From Octopus bimaculoides (Eukaryota), in contig NC_068981.1 in NCBI RefSeq assembly GCF_001194135.2, positions 170,708,256 to 170,772,255 on the forward strand: a DNA stretch of 64,000 nucleotides. Reading direction: 5' to 3'. Below are positions 26,161 through 40,368 of this stretch, piece by piece; the stretch's first letter is position 1, and every line of letters begins with the position of its first letter. The notes below the pieces were generated by a model that saw only the letters and a list, made by a program, of their open reading frames with translations, was not told the DNA's origin and ran no database searches. The position numbers were made by a program, and so were the translations under genes.

Positions 26161-27105
26161 TCAGTTTGGTAAGAAAGGTCTTGGTCACTTTTAAAATATC
26201 ATTTTATTAATAATTAAAAAAACAACAAACAACAATCAATCGAAAAGGTAATCGCCATCGTTATCGATCACCTTTTGCCATTTTTCAGGCAAAGGTTTGA
26301 ATCTTTTCATCCAGAAATCGCGTGGCTTTGAATCAATAAAGTCGTAAAGAAACGATTTCACATCTTCGTTTTCGAACTCTGTTTCGCCAATCGCGCGTTG
26401 TATGGCAGAGAATAAGTGATAGTCAGAAAGGGCAAGGTCAGGAAAATACGGTGGGTGCACCATAACTCCCAATCTGCCTCCATCAGTTTCTTTGACGTCT
26501 TCTTTGTACAATGTGCACACCACGGCAATCCCACCAAACTGAGATCATAACTTTCTTTGCACAAGAAGTAGTTTTGGCGAAGTTTTCTGCTGTTGACCTT
26601 TGCTGCACCAGGATCGTCTGCGGCTCACGTTGGTGTACAGTACCCACTTTTCATCCATATTTATTTCTTTATTGTCCACAGGGGGCTAAACATAGAGGGG
26701 ACAAACAAGGACAGACAGGGATTAAGCCGATTATATCGACCCCAGTGCGTAACTGGTACTTATTTAATCGACCCCGAAAGGATGAAAGGCAAAGTCGACC
26801 TCGGTGGAATTTGAACTCAGAACGTAACGACAGACGAAATACCTTAAGCATTTCGACCGGCGTGCTAACGATTCTGCCAGTTCGCCGCCTTTTCATCCAT
26901 ATTGATTACTGACTCCAACCAATCGAATCTTCGGCTTCGCCAGACCAGACTTTCACATGCAGTGACACGTGCTTGTTTGTTCGCTTCAGTTAATTCATGT
27001 GGCACCTATTTTCCAAGCTTGCTTACCTTGCCAAGTCTTTATATAGTCACAATAGACAGCTAGGTGACGCTTATTGGTTGTCTAGGAACTTTCTTACCAA
27101 TGTAA
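26161..27105 (-). mobile_element. Internally deleted mariner element with both TIRs, interrupted by a SINE
   Basis: Ends TCAGTTTGGTAAGAAAGGTCTTGG / CTAGGAACTTTCTTACCAATGTAA are imperfect inverted repeats flanked by TA. Motifs VPHELTEANK, MDE|KWVLY, WWDCRG and HPPYFPDLALSDYHLF...KWQKVIDNDGDY. Confidence 0.85.
26662..26888 (-). mobile_element. tRNA-derived SINE family B with 15-bp TSD
   Basis: Head GGCGGCGAACTGGCAGAATCGTTAGCACGCCGG, B box GAGTTCAAATTCC. TSD CTTTTCATCCATATT at 26647-26661 and 26889-26903. Confidence 0.9.
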
Positions 27106-27783
27106 TANNNNNNNNNNNNNNNNNNNNNNNNNNNNNNNNNNNNNNNNNNNNNNNNNNNNNNNNNNNNNNNNNNNNNNNNNNNNNNNNNNNNNNNNNNNNN
27201 NNNNNNNNNNNNNNNNNNNNNNNNNNNNNNNNNNNNNNNNNNNNNNNNNNNNNNNNNNNNNNNNNNNNNNNNNNNNNNNNNNNNNNNNNNNNNNNNNNNN
27301 NNNNNNNNNNNNNNNNNNNNNNNNNNNNNNNNNNNNNNNNNNNNNNNNNNNNNNNNNNNNNNNNNNNNNNNNNNNNNNNNNNNNNNNNNNNNNNNNNNNN
27401 NNNNNNNNNNNNNNNNNNNNNNNNNNNNNNNNNNNNNNNNNNNNNNNNNNNNNNNNNNNNNNNNNNNNNNNNNNNNNNNNNNNNNNNNNNNNNNNNNNNN
27501 NNNNNNNNNNNNNNNNNNNNNNNNNNNNNNNNNNNNNNNNNNNNNNNNNNNNNNNNNNNNNNNNNNNNNNNNNNNNNNNNNNNNNNNNNNNNNNNNNNNN
27601 NNNNNNNNNNNNNNNNNNNNNNNNNNNNNNNNNNNNNNNNNNNNNNNNNNNNNNNNNNNNNNNNNNNNNNNNNNNNNNNNNNNNNNNNNNNNNNNNNNNN
27701 NNNNNNNNNNNNNNNNNNNNNNNNNNNNNNNNNNNNNNNNNNNNNNNNNNNNNNNNNNNNNNNNNNNNNNNNNNNNNNNNNNN

Positions 27784-27816
<33 letters not shown>

Positions 27817-28539
27817 GTGTATGTACGTGTGCGCGTGTTTGTTCGCATTTATATATAGGAGTGTAGGAGAGGCATATTAACGGACGGAGACAGAGATAGA
27901 TAGATAGGTTTCTATGTATTGGGCTTCATGTGTTTTGGTGGTCATGTAGTAATGAGTATTTGTGTAAGATCACTATAACTGACACCATAATCATTATCCA
28001 TTGTACATTTCAATTTAGTTTGAATTGACGTTATATTTTACCTTACCTTTGGAAACCTGATATCGATTACGAGTTGTACAGTTCACCCATTTTGCATAAA
28101 GTATACGTAATCACATTATATTAGCTCAAACATTTCCTAGAGGAAATTATATCGTAAAACGTTTGTTTGTAGCACCACTGCTTCGAATCATGTCAATTTG
28201 GGTAACCAAATTTGATGGAGACAGAGCTGGGATAAAATTGGGATTGTATGCTTTCAGATAAGATTTTGATTGATGGTGTCATCTCCCTAAACGTCTGATT
28301 ACCTCTGATATGCTTCGTCATCAACAATATTTATTTTGCTATATATATCTCTTTAGTGAAAAAGGTTGTTTCGCTTGGTGTACTTTCAGAGACTTATAAT
28401 GACGACAATAGGGAATCACGAACAACTCCGGGTTATAAATTAGAATTAAATGATATTAGCGGTGTAACTAGAACTCCGATTTATCATAGCCCTGATATAC
28501 CATCACTCAAAAGTAACAAGTAATATCTAAAAAGGTCAT

Positions 28540-29800
28540 TCAGTCCGCGTCATGGTCCCAGTAGACCAAACATAAAAGGCGTTGCCCCGGATGCTGGCAA
28601 TGTAGATCAGCCACTGACTCACAGGCACCCCACTTGTGGATAGTCGTCTCCGCATTGATAGCAGTGAGCAAAAATGTCGCTTGGGGGCCGAAAACGTGTG
28701 AGGTCACCCCTGCCACAGCATCGGCCACAAATATATGAGAGCGTCGGTTATTTGATAGTCTGTCCATCTCGGTTTGAGGAGAAGGGAAGCCAAGGCGGAA
28801 TGGTAAGATTGACATGCTATCTGGTTATTTATCAGCCCTGGTGGTTCGAGCTGGGTAGGTGATCCGCGGCGTTGTATGATCTGATTGAGAGCAACATAGG
28901 GTGAAATGTGACCAGCACTATAATCGTATGACAATGAGTGACGGCCGGAGAATCTACAATGGATCTGCACTGGCATCTGTGAGGGTCACAAATCTGGAAG
29001 CCAAGCCTCGGGGAAATACTGGTGCGCAGACAGTTGCCATCAAGCTGACAGTCAGTCTAGAGTGATCACCTGCGTTAGGCTGCGGGGTTGGGAAGACCAG
29101 CGGAAACATACCATACGGTACTGCTGAAATCGGTGAACTAGCCCGACCGAAATCATTATACACTGCATAGGGTCATATTTGTTTTAGGGATGAATGGACA
29201 TCCGTCAAGGCAGGATGGGAATGGACGTTTGCAGTGCAGAGACCAACTGGCTCCGAGGCGCATAGGTTGTTTCACGATCCCCACAAAACAGGAGTTTTAG
29301 TTAAATAATGGAGAACATTATTGATGAGGACATTATGGATGAGAACATTATTGATGAGGAAATCAACGACGAGAAAAATGCCTGGAAAACCGGTGAGGTA
29401 GGAGACCGGAAGCCGAGGCCACTATATTGACGGGTGCGGCGGCCTTTTGTCATCCGGTGCCGTCAAATCGGACGTTGTATATCCTTTCAGCAACCCGCTG
29501 AATACAGGCGTCCAGATCTGTGATGAAATACGCGTTGCTGTAAAATAAGCACTGTGAAAGTTATGGAGAAGCTTCCGTCGGGGTGTGTCTTCTTCCTTGT
29601 TCCTGATATCGAGAAGGCGTGCTGAAAAGAAGAGGAATAAGTGTTCAGAGCACCATCAATGAATTTGTTGAGAGCCGTAATTGCACTCAACACGCTGTGC
29701 CGGTCTTGACATTAAGAGGTAACAGGATGTCTTTGAGATAGCCGAGGAGAGAGTATTGACACTTCTGCTTCTATTGAAAGAGAAAGACCCCAGCACAAAG
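28540..29800 (-). mobile_element. Decayed Ty3/gypsy gag-protease region (GC-rich island)
   Basis: Minus-strand YSLLGYLKDILLP, ARLLDIRNKEEDTPRRKLL, SQIWTPVF (gypsy gag-like), and RSHIFVADAVAGVTS...FLLTAINAETTIHKWG (resembles FLVDTGA...L.AANG.TI.TYG protease). Markedly more GC-rich than the flanks. Confidence 0.5.
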
Positions 29801-30069
29801 AGGATGTCTTTTTCGGAGGCTATCTAAAGCGGTTGAGGATCGGGGGTAGCATCTCGCGCACACACAGACGCGCGCGCGCACGCACATGCATACATACACA
29901 CACATATTTAAATATATATGTTCATATATGTGTGTGCGTATGTGTGTACGTATGTGCTTGCGTGAGTGTGTGCGTGTGTGTGTGTGTGTGTGTGTATGCT
30001 TCTTTATATTTGTATGCATAAAAAAGAACGATTAATTTGGTTTGAATAATTAATCTACATTCATTTCAG

Positions 30070-30560
30070 GCTACGTGTATAAGGCCATTTCATCCGATAA
30101 GATAAGATGTAATTCATTGGAGAATGTGACTTCTACATCCAATTCCATAGCAATGTCTGTATTGAAGAGTTGTACCAACTTTTTTTATTTTCCCATACTT
30201 CTTCTTATGGTGTGATATATGAGCAGATTGGTGTTTCTAGCAGATCGAATCACCACGTAGAGGTTTCTTGTTTACGATTATCAGAGCTCCTCTTGTTCTT
30301 TACACGTTCATGTGCATGTTTTGCTATAATAATTTATCTAGAATAAATTATGCTTCATATGAGAGAAAACTTTAGGTTTCCTGAAATGACTTACATACAT
30401 AAGAGTATAATTTTCTTTCTTCTTGTGGTTTCTTAAATCTAGTTTGGCAATGATCTCATAGTCAATCCTTCCTCGCAAGGAGCTCGCTGATGCACGACCG
30501 TCGTGGCTTGTTGATTATCTCTTTTCAGAGTTTCAGAATAGAAACGTCTACCTGTGTTTG
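30070..30560 (-). mobile_element. Decayed CR1/L2-type LINE RT remnant
   Basis: YGIGCRSHILQ*ITSYLIG*NG resembles the YGI.G..L.WI.SYL..R motif. Confidence 0.35.
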
Positions 30561-33463
30561 ATTTAAGTATACATTCGATTATTATATCATTCGCTTTCTA
30601 AATTAATTATGAACATTTCTCTTCGATATGCGTTGCTGGACAGAAATCTTCTTCAGTTGCCTGACATCTTGATTGTTGCAAACTTACTACGAAATCTCGA
30701 ACGCTAAATCAGTTTGAAATCTAAATTTCGACTGTACTTGAAAAATCTTACAGTAGCTAATATTGCCTATATTTGTTTCTGTTTCTGTTATTATTTTAGC
30801 GTAGTTTCTGAAGATTCTGCCAGCTACTTTCCGAGATTTGTCTACTTTCGATATCAATTGAGAGGAAAATAGTATTACTCATCAAGACACATGGAATACT
30901 CCTAAAATATTTAATATATAATAACGAACAGTAACAATAGATTATTCCTTGAACAAGTATATCAGTATAGGTAACACTGTAATAAAAATATCAACTAACA
31001 TATTTTATGTATATAAAATATTAACAGATAATCGAATAACGTTATTCTTTTCTCTTGATATATGTCTCTGTCTGTGGACGTCGAAGAAATACACCATGAG
31101 TTTCCATCACTAGCCTAGTACTTAAAAATGCTATAGGAATTTAACATTTTCACTGTACATACATACATTTTTGGAGCAATCATATCTATGTTGGAATAGA
31201 AAACAATCAAAGATTTTCAAACTGCTAATGTACAGACCACACACAAACAGTGAGCTTAAAGAGCTGCCATTTATGCATCATTATAATGAAAATGTTACCT
31301 ATGACTTGTTAGTTGTCATGTTCTTAAACATCTCTTAATACATATCTTAAGAAGAGACTGCGAACATAAGCAGTGACTCAATTAAGGTGACAGAAATTAT
31401 GGATACTACGATATTTCTTTTGTGATATTCACTGCAAATAAAAAGTAATATCCGTTTTAAAACTGTTCACGTTGGATTACGTATACATTTAGCAGCATTT
31501 GCACATACCAAACCATCTATAATATACATATATACACTAAAACATACAGACGCATGTACATAGCTATATACATATACAGACATGTATAGGTAAGACATAA
31601 AATACATATACAAATGCATATATATATATATAAATATGTACATGGGTATATATATATATATATCTATATATATATATATATATATNNNNNNNNNNNNNNN
31701 NNNNNNNNNNNNNNNNNNNNNNNNNNNNNNNNNNNNNNNNNNNNNNNNNNNNNNNNNATATATTTATATATATATATATATATGCACACACATGCACACG
31801 CATAAAATCGCCTGGCGTATATTTATACACGTTAGGTGTTACAAGATCAGAACATATTAACTATGGGGAGGAGGAATAAAACAGCGGACAATCTTGAGCT
31901 AGGCAGTTACTAAAGCTGTATCACTTTATCTTATTAACTGAGCTTGATACCCAACTCATTAGTACGTTTTCCGGATAAAGAATATTTTGTAATTTATATT
32001 TAATATGTTCTCCCTATTATGTTTGTTGTTGTTCTTGTTTATTTACGTAACTGTCTATGACAACATCTCAGCTGTTCATCATTGACACTTTTTTAAAGCA
32101 GTATATTTCTATAGTATGCTTAATATAATGTAATTTATCCTCGTTTTTAAAGGACAAGAATGATATGAGTGTTGTTCATCTGCATTTTCCAGCAAGTTGA
32201 ATAATAAAGTAATGATTCAAATTCGCTTAGTTGTCCCTGTGTGTGCCAAATGATATTGAGATAGACAGATTGGATTCGATAAAGGAACCATATTTACGAT
32301 TTGATTGAACTATTTAGGAATTGTTGTTAAGGTTAAATTATCGATAAAAATGCGCTCACAGACAAAAATAACTATTACGAACAATTTGGGGGGATAATAC
32401 TTGGGATAGGGTCATAAGAACCAGAACAAATCAAGAAAATAAGAGCAGTAATGTAGAGTTAGGTAATGATCTAGATTTATATGATGGACGTATGCTTTTG
32501 ATGGAAGAGAGAGATTTTTACGGAATAAGAGATGCGGGAGCAATTGGGTAAATGCAAACTAATCAAGTGAAGATATGTTTAAACAATACGTTTTAAATTC
32601 AATGGTTATATTTTTATTCTTTCAACGTGAAAAATAAAACAAATACACAACGAACGCCACTACGTGCATCGAAAGCGATATGTAATCTGGTACTACATCA
32701 CAAGAGGCGGAATTTATTTAAAAATAGATTTAAACATGATATTATATTCCTTCTCTTCAGAATATATATTTTACATGAAATTCATATCTCAAAGGGTTCC
32801 TGTTCCTTAAAATCAATTCTCATAAGGCAGGTCTGCTTTAAATATCAAGGTTTCCCGAAGTAATATAGCTTTTATAAAATAAAATTACATATAAAAATCA
32901 CCGGTAATATGCTTATTACAAATGTACATAACTACAGTTGAACTATCTATCTGGTATAATGTTTTCAAATCTTATTTTTATATCTATTTCTATATTTCGA
33001 AATATGAAAGCTGTGCAAACTGCATTCCATTTTAGTACCATTAACAATCCCATTGGAATCCATCCTTTATCATAAATATTTTCAATGATTTTATTTAACG
33101 GAGGCTCAATATTAAAATCTGATTATTTACTTATATTAAAACATAAGCAGGACTCAAATTGTCGATAATCTATTTTCTTCTATATGAAATGTTTCATCTA
33201 TCTGCCTAAACCTCTACGTTATAATATTGAAATTAATTGATAATATTAGCTGTGTGATATCAATTGAAGATTTGATATTAAAGAGAGATAGCAGGGTTTG
33301 TTTTTAATTTAGAGAATGCAAAACCCTGCTGTCATTAATTCCTTTCCTTCCAACATTCCACCTGAAACGTTGGATAATCTATTCCTCATGGCAAGATAAC
33401 TTTACTCTTTGCATTGATTTTATCACATTACACACACACATACACACACACGTACGCACGCAC

Positions 33464-33496
<33 letters not shown>

Positions 33497-33515
33497 TATA
33501 TATATATATACTTGC

Positions 33516-33567
<52 letters not shown>

Positions 33568-33696
33568 CATACATGCATGAATGCATACATACATTCATAC
33601 ATACATGCATGCATGCATACATACATACATACATACATACACACATACTTACATATATACATACATACGTACGTACATACATACATACATACATAA

Positions 33697-34490
33697 GGAG
33701 TTAACACCGAAGATATCACCCATATCATAAGCAGTTGTCCGAAAATGTCATTATGATATTATCTACCGATGAGATATTATGTTGTAGCCACAACATTATA
33801 TAATGATATCTGACGAAAGGGGGACAAAGAAATAGAAACTCACAGTATCGTAGAAGCCATAGCCGCTCATAATAAAAAGGTGTACTGGTTGAATGTCCCA
33901 GTAAAAACCTCAGTAGCATCTAAACACAATAGACCTGATATAATGATTTGGGAAAGACAAGAGAAACTGTGTACAGTTGTGGAAATCAGCTGCCCAGCGC
34001 ATGATAACATAAAACTGAAGATCAGTGAAAAATAGAATACATTCTCTGAACTATAGAGAAATTTGCAGTTACTCTATCCAGATTACGAGTTCAGATTTAC
34101 ACTTGTAATTATTAGGGCACTAGGATATGTAACACACTGCCTAAATACTAATCTGGAGAAATTAGGCTACTCAAAATCAGAAAGGAGAAAGCTGATTCGA
34201 AGACTACAGATATAAGCCATCACTGGAACATTAAAAATCCATAAAACTTTTCAGAAGTTTATGATTTAAGTTTCTATGAGCATAACTAGTAAATCAAGTA
34301 TATGCATAAGAAGCCATACATAAAATAAAACATACAAATCTGCACGTATACATACATACATACATTCATACATACAAAATACCCTGTTGTTGATGTTGAA
34401 ATTGCAATGACCTTGGATCTTGGTCAAAAAATGGATCCTTCTCTATTGGCAAGAAATCTTGAAATAAAACTGAATAATGACATACACAAC
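33697..34490 (+). mobile_element. R4/Dong-like RLE LINE 3' portion
   Basis: GVNTEDITHIISSCPKM (knuckle), YWLNVPVKTS..KHNRPDIMIW...CTVVEISCPA (PD..D/E RLE), 3' UTR with (CATA)n ending GAAATAAAACTGAATAATGA. Confidence 0.85.
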
Positions 34491-34650
34491 GCTTTTCTGA
34501 CAACAGGCTAGGGTTAGGGTTTCCCAATTAGGGACAGATTACTTCAATTTGATTAGGGATGTTGAGAAGCGAAAGTTTTCACATTACTGAACAAAATATT
34601 GGGACAAACTGACTTTTATATGCTTGGTGTAGACTGTCATTGGGTTAAAG

Positions 34651-35055
34651 CAGTGGTTCCCAACCCTTTTATTTAAACAATTTTTCCCACGGACCCCTTT
34701 TAACATGCTCATCCNNNNNNNNNNNNNNNNNNNNNNNNNNNNNNNNNNNNNNNNNNNNNNNNNNNNNNNNNNNNNNNNNNNNNNNNNNNNNNNNNNNNNN
34801 NNNNNNNNNNNNNNNNNNNNNNNNNNNNNNNNNNNNNNNNNNNNNNNNNNNNNNNNNNNNNNNNNNNNNNNNNNNNNNNNNNNNNATATATATTTGTTTT
34901 GCAAGATTTTTGATTATTGGCTAAACTGGCAACATGACCATCCCCAAATACAGCAATATATATATATATATATAATTTTCAATTTAGCTCACAGACATCC
35001 AGTGCTACCTTTGTGGACCACCAGGGGTCCGCAGACTCCAAGTTTGGAACCACTG
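34651..35055. mobile_element. hAT (Charlie-type) MITE
   Basis: TIRs CAGTGGTTCCCAAC / GTTTGGAACCACTG; 8-bp TSD GGTTAAAG / GGTTAAAT. Contains an N-gap. Confidence 0.85.
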
Positions 35056-38000
35056 GGTTAAATGGGAAAACACACCAGGGTAAACTTACTTTGAATTTGT
35101 GTAAATGACAGAGATATTGAGGGAAAGAGAAATGAAAAAGAGCACAGAATGACATTGTTACATTGGAAACAAAATGTCAAAATATGTTTTTGTTTTGTAT
35201 TTTGTACATCATAAGCAGCGCATCATTATAATTTTCCTTTTAGACAGCAAATAATTCATCATTTTACTTTCATTTGGAGAAGAATATATGTCAAGAAAAT
35301 TTACATATCCCTGCTACTGTATTTATGCTTTTCGTATTTAAATAGTTTCCTTTTCCCGACACACCTAATATTCTCGACATGCTAAGTTACAAAACGTATG
35401 ACTCATGCTCAAATTAATATTATTTTCTCATTTACTCCTGATGTCAGCCATTCCATAATATCAAATTGAACAGAGTGAAAATATAAACATATCTTTAATT
35501 AAAACAAATTACATACTAATGTGAAAAATATATTCAAGATAGCCCAAAATCAAATAAAATCTAAAAAAAAAGAAACATTAAGAGACAACCCGAAATATTA
35601 ACATTTAATTTTGTGTGATTTGAGGAACGCAAACACCGTACAGTGTAACAATTTTAATATCATGAATCGAACAATTAATACTCCTCTAGATATGCTTAAA
35701 ATCTAAGAAGGAATGCATGCGGTAATTCGAATAAAATCACTTGGTGTTAATGTTTGGATTGTTTGCCAACAATTTGCAGATGCAAGTGCAACCAGTTGAA
35801 ATCTCTACATACCAAATGCTGTCAAGTTTATTGGGTCATCAGGAGGGAATGCTAGCATCTGGTGTGCGGAGATTATTAAGAATGCATTAATGGAAATTGT
35901 GGTAGTAGTAAATTATTTTCATTGTGGTTAAAAAAATATTTAATAAGGCCTTCAGTTATATGCACGAAGAGAAAATATGCGGGTAAATATTTATTTAACT
36001 CATTTTCGAAATTTGAATAAGCTTATAATGTGAATCTAGTACTACGAACAGCTAAGTTTTTTATATGTATCTAGTAATACATAAAATTATATTTTAGTTT
36101 ATATCTCTGAGTTGCCTAATATGAGTGGAATACAGAGGGTGATATGAAACTTTCGAAAACAAAAAAATTAATCAAACAGCACAAAGTTAATGAGTTTTCC
36201 GCCAAATTTTTATTTTGAAATTTGTCTAGGAGAAAACTTTAAATATCTTCAATAAATATTTTCGAATAGCATTTCATATAAGTACGCAATTTTATTGATT
36301 TTAGGATGTTAAAAACTTTCAAATCTTTTGGCTGAATAATTGTGGTGATAGTCAAAACTATTCGTATGAAGCAACACAATATCACAGTTGACATGGATCT
36401 AAACAATATCATTTTTAGTCGACATGGATTATCTTACTGTTTGTATATATTGTAATTATAATAGATCACTGGCAAATATTGTATTTATAATTTGGTTTTA
36501 AAATGACTATGACACTTCTTGGACATTTTAACATTGGAGCCACTTTCTTAGCTGAATAATATCAAGTTTCTGTCTGAATTTTTATGAAGAAATTTTACTC
36601 ATGAGGAGATATGCTGTAATAGAAAACTAACGAGTGTGTAGATAAACAATATGCAATGTCTAGACTCATTATTTAAAGTAGGTTTTACTCTAATTGCTTT
36701 ATTTACATACTAACAAGAATGTATACACGTATTGCTTTGTTAATGCTATCACATTACACAGTAATTTACTCACATAATTTTGGCAATAAATACTTTGCAA
36801 AATGACAATTAAATAACCTGTTAGGTTGTTTTAATGATGTGTGGTCTAGCTCAGGCTTGATATAGCAAACATATTTTCCGTAGAGCGTAAACCAAAAACT
36901 ATATTTACCATCTAACCAACATTCTATTGATAGAAATCCTGGATAGTTTACCGCCTTTCTGTTTCATCGCCATGTTATACAGCCACATTTAGTAATTCGC
37001 GATGTCGTTTTTGGAACGATTTCGTCATTGAAATTATCTAACATGCTCTCACTGACAATGGCACTTCTCTTTTTAATCATATGTGAGCAGACGGTTAAAA
37101 TCACTGTGAAAAACTATTTACAGATGACCACTTCTTCAGAATCTTCTTCGACATTCAGACAAATATTTCCATGAATATAGTGAGATGAAGTCGTTCAGAT
37201 TCGGGATTTGTTCTAAAGATGATATTTTGTATGGGAAACATAGATAATACGATAACTTAATGTGTTAGCTTCATATGTATTGAAGATATGTTAGCTCTTC
37301 CTAGTAAAGATCAAGAAGTTAGAGGTGCCACGTGATGTAGCCTTTATAAAGCTGATGACTAACGATCCCTTTCACAACACTGGGGTTTTGAGTACGCTGT
37401 TCCAGATGGCTAGTACACTATTTTAAAAGATCAGCTTGTTTTTGAAAGATGTTATGCATGTGTATGCATGTATAGGCTTATGTATGTATATACGTGTGTG
37501 TGTATGTATATATATGCCAATGCGTACGTACATGAGTATGGGTGCGTACGTGTGTATGTGTGTGCGCCCGCATATGAGTGTGTGTGTGTGTTTCTGTGCA
37601 TGTGTGTGTGTGTGTTTCTGTGCATGTGTGTGTATGTGAGAAAGAGTGTGAAAGTGCATGATGAGTTTACGAAAGTTGCAAGGGAATTTACATACGTTTC
37701 AGAAACTTATATATGCGTCTGTGAAAGCGTGCATGTAAATGTGAGAAATGAAGGAATTACGTGCATACAATTAATTAAGCGTTTGACAAAATGTTACTAC
37801 TACGCAATAAGAAAAATATTTAATTTATTTGCTGAATCCCAGGTGTATCATTTGATAGTGTGTTGTACATATTTATTATGTTGCTCTTATTCTCATTATA
37901 CATTTAGTATTTCATATAGAGTGGTTTTCGTTTCCAAATAAAAAGACAGAATCACTAGCATGTGTCATACATCACACACACACGTGCACAGGAATACACA

Positions 38001-38696
38001 TACGCTCACACACACGCTTGCACACATACACACACACTCGTGTATAGCTATGAATATTTGTTTTTGTTTAATAAGGACCCTGTGTATTATTTTCTATACT
38101 AACCTGTTCGTCGTCCTAACAGTAACAGCGCGTACATTTTCCTAATTATCAGAATATTTCTGACGTCACTTTTAATCGGAATGATCCACAAGTATATCCG
38201 CGTTGTTATTCAGATTTAATTCCCAAGAAGACTGCTAATTACAGCTGCTATGTTTAGAGAAAGGAACGAATTCAAGAGTTCTGCTAATTACAGCTGTCAG
38301 GAAAACCGCAATATAAAATGTTTAACCAAATAAAAACAAGATATATAAGCGTGTGTATATGCGTGTGAGAGGAAGACAGAGAGACAGACAGACAGATAGG
38401 GCTTGTGCATAGAGAAAGATTGTAACGAAGGCAAGACATTCGTGGTGCCTAACAGCAATATGAGGCATTCAACGAATAAAATTGAATCAAACGAAGATGC
38501 ACATTCAAAGATTGTGACAGAAGAAATGAAGGAATTATTCTGAGATAAATCAGTTTTATATGCTGAACTGATAATATATTTTATATCATGTAATTTTACA
38601 AAAGGAAATATGTAGAAGAAACGCTTACTTAGATAAAAACACAGAGAGAAATTTTAGTGCAAAAATCAGTTATACATATATTTATATATATATGTA

Positions 38697-39934
38697 CAGG
38701 GGTTGGACAAAATAATGGAAACACTTAGCATTATGGCATCATAATTTTGACATATCTTTAGAACCGTCAAAAGCTTGTTTATTTTTGTCTTTTTATTTAT
38801 TATTAGTGTTGCTTAGTATGTCTTGCTAAATTTGCTGTTTCTTTTCAGATATCATCAGAAAAGTTATTTAAAATTTATTAAAATGACAGATCTATCGAAC
38901 TTTCAAAGAGGTCGAATTGTTGGTGCTCGTATGGCCGGAGTTAGCGTAACGAAAACAGCCGAAATGTTTGGTGTATCAGGAGGTTCTGTCTCGAAAGGGA
39001 TGACAAAGTTTGAGAAAGAGGAAAAACCTCCTCATCCAAACAAAACTCCGGAAGAAAACCAAAACTTTCAGATAGGGACCGTCGGATTCTTACGCGAATT
39101 GTTAGAAAGGATCACAAAAGTACATCTCCCAAAAATTACTGCAGAGCTTAAGGACCACATCGAGAAACCAGTTTCCACAAAAACTATTCGCCGGGAGCTA
39201 TGCAAAGCTGGATTTCACAGGAGGGCTGCATTCAGAAAACCACTACTTTCAAAAACAAATGTTGAAAGGCGTTTAGAGTGGAGTAGTTGAAGAATGTTAT
39301 TTTCTCAGATGAGTCATCCTTTACCTTATTTCCGACTACTGGTCGAGTATACATGTGGAAACAGCCACATGAAGCATTTGACCCAGACTGCCTTCTTCCA
39401 ATTGTTAAATATACAGGAGAATCTGTAATGATCTGGGGGAGCTATATCTTGGAAATCTGCCGGACCAATGGTTTCCCTTCATGGCAGAATTAATAGTCAA
39501 GTCTATTTAAGCATCTGATCAAATACATCCTATGGTTGCGAAACTGTTTCCGGAGGGAAACGCAATCTATCAGGATGATAATGCACCAATTCCCACAGTT
39601 AAAGTTGTTCCTGAATGGCACGAGGAACATTCTAGTGAAGTTGAATATCTTATCTGGCCACCACATTCTCTAGATCTCGATATCATTGAACAGTTACGGG
39701 GCATTTTAGAAGAACAAGTAAGCAGTCGATATCCTCCACCATCATCACCACAAGAACTAGAGACTATTTTAGCTGAAGAACGGACAAATATTGCTTTGGG
39801 AACAATTCAAACTTTATACGAGTCCATAAGTTGTAGAATTCAAACTGTAATTACTACCAAAGGCGGTCGTGCTCCCATATAAACAAAATTTTTTTAAAAT
39901 TTTAGGGTGATTCCATTATTTTGTCCAACTCCTC
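38697..39934 (+). mobile_element. Near full-length Tc1-like transposon with DD36E catalytic spacing (Incomer-type), defective
   Basis: 28-bp TIRs (CAGGGGTTGGACAAAATAATGGAAACAC; 3 mismatches) flanked by TA. Transposase in three ORFs (38823-39290, 39287-39493, 39532-39882): MTDLSNFQRGRIVGAR, VIFSDESSF, QDDNAP...WPPHSLDLDIIE. 36 residues lie between D (39577) and E (39688). Confidence 0.92.
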
Positions 39935-40368
39935 TATATATGTATGTGTATATACATATATATATATATATATATANNNNNNNNNNNNNNNNNNNNNNNN
40001 NNNNNNNNNNNNNNNNNNNNNNNNNNNNNNNNNNNNNNNNNNNNNNNNNNNNNNNNNNNNNNNNNNNNNNNNNNNNNNNNNNNNNNNNNNNNNNNNNNNN
40101 NNNNNNNNNNNNNNNNNNNNNNNNNNNNNNNNNNNNNNNNNNNNNNNNNNNNNNNNNNNNNNNNNNNNNNNNNNNNNNNNNNNNNNNNNNNNNNNNNNNN
40201 NNNNNNNNNNNNNNNNNNNNNNNNNNNNNNNNNNNNNNNNNNNNNNNNNNNNNNNNNNNNNNNNNNNNNNNNNNNNNNNNNNNNNNNNNNNNNNNNNNNN
40301 NNNNNNNNNNNNNNNNNNNNNNNNNNNNNNNNNNNNNNNNNNNNNNNNNNNNNNNNNNNNNNNNNNAT

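Noticed and set aside
34505-34560. TTAGGG-like hexamers
   Set aside because: Only a few scattered copies, not a telomeric array.
35770-35900. Exon-like GC-richer patch (and similar patches near 9.6, 13.9, 37.1 and 42.3 kb)
   Set aside because: Splice signals can be drawn on either strand, frames are short or stopped, and no protein is recognised.
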